This document shows, in pieces, positions 8,256 through 13,630 of a stretch of DNA of 13,630 nt (positions are counted from its first letter, which is position 1; each line of letters starts with the position of its first letter). The position numbers and the translations under genes are program-made. Where the stretch lies: assembly GCA_965369865.1 (NCBI GenBank), contig CBDURU010000095.1, positions 1-13,630 on the forward strand, written 5' to 3'. The stretch is from an uncultured bacterium. GTDB taxonomy: Bacteria; JAJVIF01; JAPKYR01. The notes beneath the pieces are model-generated. The model searched no databases. It was not told the DNA's origin and worked only from the letters and a program-made list of their open reading frames with translations.

Positions 8256-8303
8256 CGGGTTCTGTAACAGCCACTGTATCAGAGCCACGACCGTCAGGGA
8301 GTG
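8256..8303. repeat. Intergenic hairpin plus REP-like element between convergent genes
   Basis: GGTTCTG (8258-8264) pairs with CAGAGCC (8280-8286), with inner stem ACAG/CTGT; overlapped by CAGAGCCACGACCGTCAGGGAGTG (8280-8303). No U-tract. Confidence 0.5.
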
Positions 8304-8332
8304 CATAAAATCAGGAACATTGACCCCCCCTG

Positions 8333-11300
8333 CTACCACAACTGGTATATCCTCAGGCCCCGATCGCTGGCGGACATGTACGCCATGTTGCCCTCGATAT
8401 AAACACTAATGCCATCCTTGCCCGGGAATTCGCTGATCTCGTACATCGCCATCGGATCGCTGACATCGTACACACGCATTCGGTTCAGACTGATATACGC
8501 GTAATCGCCGAAAATTTCTATCCCGTTTCCATAGTAGGTAAGGACGGTATTAACAATCGACGCGGTTTCCGGTGTGCTGATATCGACCACCTGGATTCCA
8601 TCGCCTTCCTCGGCTACAATCGCGTAATTTCCATGGACAGCTACGCCGTTCGTATCGTATCCGGGCATAGCAACAGTATTGACAATATGCGCCCCAAGCA
8701 ACGGATCGACATCGATTATCTGCAAACCGTTGTCTTCGTCAGCGATATATACGTAACCACTGGCATATGCCACATCGACCGCCTCTCCCGGAACTTCGAC
8801 AGCAGTTTCCAATGCCGGGTACATCGAATTCGTGATATTTACAATCTGGAGGCCGTCAGGATCATTCGCGATATACGCATAATTTCCATCGACATCGATT
8901 GCCTGCGCATAACCTTCCATGTCCAGGTTGCTTATAACGCTTGCACTACCAGGAGAATTAACGTTGATAATATACAAACCCGCGGCGCCTCCCACTACGT
9001 AACCGGTATTACCGACTATCTCCATCTCTAATGCATAACCGGGAAGGTCAATTGTTTTTACAATGTGTGCGGAACCGGGCGGATCGACATCGACAACACT
9101 TAAACCCCCGGACCGGTCGCAGACATACGCGTATCCGTCTCTGGTGGCCGCATCATACGATAATCCGAGCGTATCCACTTCCGCCACGATATGCTCGGAC
9201 CCCGCTGAACCCACATCAACCACCGTCAGCCCGGCCCAGGAATCCGCCACAAACAGCATCCCGTCCTGCCACGAAACACCACGGGCGTATCCAGGGGTAT
9301 CCAACTCGTTCTCAACAAACGCGTTCGGGAGATCATAAATATTAACTATCTTTATCCCACCCCAGCTCTCGGCCGCGACATAAGCATAATTCCCCGCGAG
9401 GACCACATCATTCGGCCACCCCGACATTAAGTGCACATCGGCCAGAACGACCGGCGATTCCGGAGTTGTGAAATCAATTATCCGGAGGCCCAGATTTGCA
9501 TCGCATACGTACGCGATTCCATTCCTCGCTGCCACTCCCATCGCGACGTTCATGAATTCGTTCACGGTACTCACATGGTGCGCCTGTTGCGGTGGATCGA
9601 CATCGTAGAGCATAACTCCATCGAATCTCGCCGCAATAACAACGTAACCGTTGCTGTAGCAGATATCCTCCCCCCAAATAAACATGCTGGGGAAATCCAC
9701 CATCTTGATTATTACTGCTTCCGAAGGGTTACTTATATCGATAATAGTCATCCCGTAGTTCTCACCGATCACATACGCGTAATCGGAAGATATTGCCAGC
9801 GCGTCCCCTATGAATCCCTCAACGTTTTTAACTATCGATGCTTCGTTCGGCGGGTAAATATCAACTACACACAAACCTCCCCATCCATTGGCCACGTAAG
9901 CGTATCCGTCCTGCACCGCGACGTCTCTTACATCACCCGGGATTTCCACATTGTTAACCCATTGCGGATTCGCCGGATTGGATGTATTGAAAATATGAAG
10001 CCCGTTTCCATACCCGGCGATATACGTGTAGTCCCCATCGGTTTTTACATTAACTGGATAGAAATTCAAATCAGGCGGGGTAAGCTCGACTGGACTGGCC
10101 GGAACCCCTGGCTGGGTGATCGTTATCTCAAGCGGCGCATAGAGTTCACCGGTGTTGCCCTCATCATCGGTCACACGGAACTGAACCTGGTACGTGCCCT
10201 CGATTTCCCATGTGTGATACGCATCCGATCCAGACTCATCATAGACAGCATCATTATCCCAGTCCCATTCAAACAGAACAATGTCACCACCATCGGCGTC
10301 GAACGAGCCATTATCATAAAAGTGCAGTGGAGTGCCCATGGTCTGCATTTTGGATTCCGATTCGGCAATCGCTATAGGAGGTCCTTCAACTCGTATCTCG
10401 TAAACCATGTAAGCGGTCTGGTCGAGCCAGGGCTGGTTCACAGGATCGTTCTCGTTATCCTCGACCGCTATAAGGCATGGATAAAAACCACCGGGAGGAG
10501 GGGAGTAAAACGGGGTGACTATTGTTTCATACCGTGAATAATCATCGGTATTCAAAACCCAGACAGTATCCTGGATTCCGTCCATAAAATATGGGGCTTC
10601 AAGTACAGGTTCGGTATGCGACGCGCTCCCCTGCCAGTCGTAAACATCGATAATGATTTTTGTCTCCCCGCCATCCTGGTCGATTCCCCCGCCCGGAGGG
10701 TCCTCGCTGACGACAATTTTCCACGGTTCCGCAGAATTCGCGTCAAGCCCGAAATCCGTCATTGGGTCGTCGACCGGGGTCGAGATCGGCATCGCCCAGG
10801 AGACATCGACCGCGTAGCCCAGAGCCATAATCCAATCACCAAGATAGAGCTCGTACGTATTGACAACGCTGTCACCGGCATAAAAAGCGTTCCTTGTATT
10901 CGCCGGATCATCTGAAATATGCCTTTTATATGCATTCACCGTGGCATCGGGAGGGTACATGGATGACAGGTTTCCCTTGTAATATCCAAATAATGGACCC
11001 GGGGCGGTAAATTCGGTTTCCGGGTTGTACAGCGATGTATACCCGTCAGGATTCAGGAGGCAACCGTCGCCTTCCTCAGGATCTGATATTTTTTTGCCCG
11101 AGGACCAGAACTCAGTGCTGCCTGTGAACATCATGATTCCCCTGGCGTCGAAACACGTGAATGTCGGGTCCAGGAAAGGGTGTGTGATCTCGATATCAAC
11201 ATCTATCCGACGAAACTCAGGCATGTTGAAATCCACGACCTTGAAGCAATTGAAACACGGGCCGTCCTCGAGAAGTATCAAAATATTTACATGGATTTCA

Positions 11301-11563
11301 CTCACCCGGGCCGGTACGATCTCAAGCTTGATGTCATCCGGGTCAGTTGCATCGATATAGATGTGGTTATAAGTGAGCAGGTAATGGTGTGTATCTGTAG
11401 AGGCGGCAGACCCCACATTATCAGTAAAATTAAAATTTTGATTGGGATTGAAATTTTCATCCTGTTGAAGATCAGGACTTGAAGGGTTATCCCCTCCGCC
11501 GCACCCGGAAATAAGTACAGCCAGCAGTAACACAAATGCAACATGCTTGATAACCGAGTTCAT
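8333..11563 (-). CDS. Large lipoprotein: uncharacterised N-domain, PKD domain and 14 LVIVD repeats (beta-propeller)
   Basis: GGAGGT SD 6 nt before ATG 11563; lipobox LISG-C21; PKD signature (SFDADGGDIVLFEWDWDND...HTWEIEGTYQVQFRVTDDEG); 14 repeats of ~42 aa with consensus GxYAYVAxxxxGLxIVD. Confidence 0.92.
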   Translation of the reverse strand: MNSVIKHVAFVLLLAVLISGCGGGDNPSSPDLQQDENFNPNQNFNFTDNVGSAASTDTHHYLLTYNHIYIDATDPDDIKLEIVPARVSEIHVNILILLEDGPCFNCFKVVDFNMPEFRRIDVDIEITHPFLDPTFTCFDARGIMMFTGSTEFWSSGKKISDPEEGDGCLLNPDGYTSLYNPETEFTAPGPLFGYYKGNLSSMYPPDATVNAYKRHISDDPANTRNAFYAGDSVVNTYELYLGDWIMALGYAVDVSWAMPISTPVDDPMTDFGLDANSAEPWKIVVSEDPPGGGIDQDGGETKIIIDVYDWQGSASHTEPVLEAPYFMDGIQDTVWVLNTDDYSRYETIVTPFYSPPPGGFYPCLIAVEDNENDPVNQPWLDQTAYMVYEIRVEGPPIAIAESESKMQTMGTPLHFYDNGSFDADGGDIVLFEWDWDNDAVYDESGSDAYHTWEIEGTYQVQFRVTDDEGNTGELYAPLEITITQPGVPASPVELTPPDLNFYPVNVKTDGDYTYIAGYGNGLHIFNTSNPANPQWVNNVEIPGDVRDVAVQDGYAYVANGWGGLCVVDIYPPNEASIVKNVEGFIGDALAISSDYAYVIGENYGMTIIDISNPSEAVIIKMVDFPSMFIWGEDICYSNGYVVIAARFDGVMLYDVDPPQQAHHVSTVNEFMNVAMGVAARNGIAYVCDANLGLRIIDFTTPESPVVLADVHLMSGWPNDVVLAGNYAYVAAESWGGIKIVNIYDLPNAFVENELDTPGYARGVSWQDGMLFVADSWAGLTVVDVGSAGSEHIVAEVDTLGLSYDAATRDGYAYVCDRSGGLSVVDVDPPGSAHIVKTIDLPGYALEMEIVGNTGYVVGGAAGLYIINVNSPGSASVISNLDMEGYAQAIDVDGNYAYIANDPDGLQIVNITNSMYPALETAVEVPGEAVDVAYASGYVYIADEDNGLQIIDVDPLLGAHIVNTVAMPGYDTNGVAVHGNYAIVAEEGDGIQVVDISTPETASIVNTVLTYYGNGIEIFGDYAYISLNRMRVYDVSDPMAMYEISEFPGKDGISVYIEGNMAYMSASDRGLRIYQLW

Positions 11564-11599
11564 ACAGCGACCTCCCAAATGGTTTTACTTAGCAGTATT

Positions 11600-11627
11600 A
11601 TTTTACCAAATTTGTTACCGGTTCCAA
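11600..11627 (-). promoter_or_regulatory. Putative extended -10 promoter of the lipoprotein gene
   Basis: Minus strand TTGGAA (11627-11622), 16 bp ending in TGG, then TAAAAT (11605-11600). Confidence 0.45.
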
Positions 11628-11698
11628 TGATATTGACTTAATTAATTTTGAAGAGGTTCAAGTGCCTGTTTTCAACCGACCACTCGTGCACTTTGTTT

Positions 11699-11734
11699 CC
11701 CCCTACGTGCCGACCGTGTCCTCGCGGCAGGGGG
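11699..11734. repeat. GC-rich intergenic hairpin downstream of the TPR gene (REP-like / mRNA 3' structure)
   Basis: CCCCCT-acgt-GCCG-accgtgtcctcg-CGGC-AGGGGG; no U-tract in the TPR gene orientation. Confidence 0.45.
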
Positions 11735-11753
11735 CATTTGGAATCAAGCTATG

Positions 11754-13409
11754 TCAGGGGCTTAGTTCGCTCGAATCGATCGCAATATACAGGTCTTTCA
11801 GACGTGCCGGAATCTCCTCATCCTCAGGATCGATTTCATGCACGCGTTCCAGGAGCACAACCGCTTCCTCGTTACGCCCGGTATCGATCATCCGGTCCGC
11901 AAGCCCGAGAAGTGAATCGATATGATTCGGATCGTTGGTCAGGGAACGTTGCCATATTTCCTCAGCGCTTTCGGGGTTATCAGTCAATTTCAGTTCAGCG
12001 AGAAGCGCCATTCCGTCGGAATCGAGCGTGTCGATATCCTCCTCCAGGATCTGCTTCGCTTCACCGATTCTGCCGTTCTCCTCAAGGAGCGATGCGAAAT
12101 CGAACCGTATCCAGGCCTCGACATTGTCCTCTTCAACTGTCGGTTCATTCTCATCGAGTTTCGCAAGATTAAGCCCTGTCCGGTACGCATTCTCAGCTTC
12201 CCCGGTCTTTCCTCGCTCCTGGAGAATTTTTCCCCTCAGCCACTGGATCGTCGCCTCCCCCTCAACCGCGGATTCAATTAATTTAAGGATAGAATCCGCC
12301 TTGTCGATTTCTTCCCTTAGGAGGTACACATGAGAAAGCAGAAGGATCTGGGCGATATCCGGAGCATCGTCGAGACGTAATCTTAATTTTTTTTCCAACT
12401 CCTCGAAACCATCCGCATTGGGATCCAGGCGGTAGTACATAAGGTAATTCAAGGCGATCTCATCATGTTCATCAGGGTCCATATCCTCCAGCAGTTCAGC
12501 GGTCGACAGGTAGGCTTCAGGGGTTTCGGGATCGGATTCGATTGCCGCCTCGTACATCTGCAGCGCGTCGTTCTGGCGATTCAAACCCTCAAGCGCGAGC
12601 CCCAGGTTATGAAGCGCGTCGTAATAATCCGGATGAATTCTGAGCGCACGTTTGTAACAGGCCCTGGCGGATTCGAATTCATCACCGTCCAGGAAAATAT
12701 TTCCAAGCCGGTACCAGATACGGTAATCTTCCGGCCTGCCGACGATCTCGGTTTTAGCTGCACGCTTCGCAGCTCCTTCAAGCAATCGGTCGAGGACCTT
12801 GCCGGGTTTCATAATCCAACCGGATTCCATAATCGCCGGTTGCTTGCCGATGAAATGCCGGAAAGGATCGAGGTAATCGGCGAAAATACTTGCAGCCTCA
12901 TGTTGATAGCCAAGCTTGCTCAGAACCCTTGCGCACTCACTACGCATATCGCCGTCCGACGGGTCCTCAAGAAGGGCTTCACCAAAAGCGCTCAGTGACT
13001 CCTGCCACTGCTCCGCCCTTGCAAGCGCGATCGCCATTAATTTTTTCGCCGCGACAGGAATTTCCCCGGCTGTATGCGCCGTCTCCAGGTACTTCAGGGC
13101 AACTTGCGGACGGTCGAGCACAAGGGACGCTTCCCCGAGAAGTGTCGCGACCCCGCTGTCGCCCTCCTTGATTGAAAGCGCTTTTTTCAGGGCCAGGTAA
13201 CCGTAAAGCGGCTGTTCGGTTCCGAGGTAGACTTCACCGAGAAGCCTCCAGGCCTCGAAAAATTCATCGTGTTCCGAGACAGCCTCGCGAAGGTTGTCGA
13301 TCACGATATCGGTGCCGCGCATCGCACGCCGCTGGGTCATGTCCTCCTGCAGGATGGTGACAGCCTCATTATAAGCGTCCTTCGCTTTTTTGGGAATTTC
13401 AGCTTGCAT
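11754..13409 (-). CDS. Tetratricopeptide repeat protein (cytoplasmic, acidic)
   Basis: Multiple TPR units (e.g. YRIWYRLGNIFLDGDEFESARACYKRALRIHPDY, YDALHNLGLALEGLNRQNDALQMYEAAIESDPET). AGGAG SD supports ATG 13409 (551 aa) rather than 13454; no signal peptide. Confidence 0.92.
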   Translation of the reverse strand: MQAEIPKKAKDAYNEAVTILQEDMTQRRAMRGTDIVIDNLREAVSEHDEFFEAWRLLGEVYLGTEQPLYGYLALKKALSIKEGDSGVATLLGEASLVLDRPQVALKYLETAHTAGEIPVAAKKLMAIALARAEQWQESLSAFGEALLEDPSDGDMRSECARVLSKLGYQHEAASIFADYLDPFRHFIGKQPAIMESGWIMKPGKVLDRLLEGAAKRAAKTEIVGRPEDYRIWYRLGNIFLDGDEFESARACYKRALRIHPDYYDALHNLGLALEGLNRQNDALQMYEAAIESDPETPEAYLSTAELLEDMDPDEHDEIALNYLMYYRLDPNADGFEELEKKLRLRLDDAPDIAQILLLSHVYLLREEIDKADSILKLIESAVEGEATIQWLRGKILQERGKTGEAENAYRTGLNLAKLDENEPTVEEDNVEAWIRFDFASLLEENGRIGEAKQILEEDIDTLDSDGMALLAELKLTDNPESAEEIWQRSLTNDPNHIDSLLGLADRMIDTGRNEEAVVLLERVHEIDPEDEEIPARLKDLYIAIDSSELSP

Positions 13410-13468
13410 AATTCTCCTGTGTAACCGGTAGTCATCGACCCGAAAACACATCATCGGTTAATAATGAA

Positions 13469-13497
13469 ATTGTACATTGAGAGCTTGAGTGGTACAA
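13469..13497 (-). promoter_or_regulatory. Putative sigma70 promoter of the TPR gene
   Basis: Minus strand TTGTAC (13497-13492), 17 bp, TACAAT (13474-13469). Confidence 0.55.
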
Positions 13498-13568
13498 GTG
13501 AATGGGCCGGGCTGCGGGAAAAAATATGTTGGTTAGTACCGACCCCGTCCTGGGGCTGTTGAAAAAGT

Positions 13569-13630
13569 ACTAAACCCCGTAGCGCAGGACGCCGGCCTGC
13601 AGTACCGCCAACTAAATCCCGTAGCGCAGG
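13569..13630 (+). repeat. Tandem GTAG-type REP-like repeat, 42-bp period, truncated at window end
   Basis: ACTAAACCCCGTAGCGCAGG (13569-13588) vs ACTAAATCCCGTAGCGCAGG (13611-13630), 19/20 identical; GTAG is followed by the hairpin GCAGG-acgccgg-CCTGC. Confidence 0.7.

Noticed and set aside
9431..10537. 368-aa plus-strand ORF
   Set aside because: Antisense shadow of the repetitive LVIVD/PKD gene; its R/I/H-rich composition mirrors the sense codons.
11699..11734. Rho-independent terminator for the TPR gene
   Set aside because: The hairpin is followed by A-rich, not U-rich, sequence on the minus strand; kept only as a hairpin.
11648..13360. Several plus-strand ORFs of 60-180 aa
   Set aside because: Antisense to the TPR gene with no motifs.
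13569..13630. CRISPR array
   Set aside because: The 42-bp period is too short for repeat plus spacer, only two units are visible, and there are no cas genes.

Overview
Bacterial chromosomal window of roughly 50% GC (by eye) with eight well-supported genes. From left to right: a metal-homeostasis operon on the minus strand (ArsR/SmtB repressor plus SO_0444/DUF318-type permease); a divergent plus-strand cluster of three uncharacterised envelope proteins; icmF (fused isobutyryl-CoA mutase/MeaI GTPase); a convergent 1076-aa lipoprotein (novel N-domain, PKD, 14 LVIVD repeats); and a TPR protein. The repressor appears to be leaderless, with its operator overlapping its own first codons. The envelope cluster is a Sec-secreted protein with two pilin-head-like repeats followed by a low-GC tandem pair of divergent paralogous membrane-anchored proteins. 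Intergenic regions carry REP-like palindromes, and a tandem GTAG-REP-like repeat with a possible IS/MITE end runs off the right edge. No rRNA, tRNA, CRISPR array, transposase or integrase was found. The best candidate for something undescribed is the 1748-4832 envelope cluster, but its function cannot be established from sequence alone.
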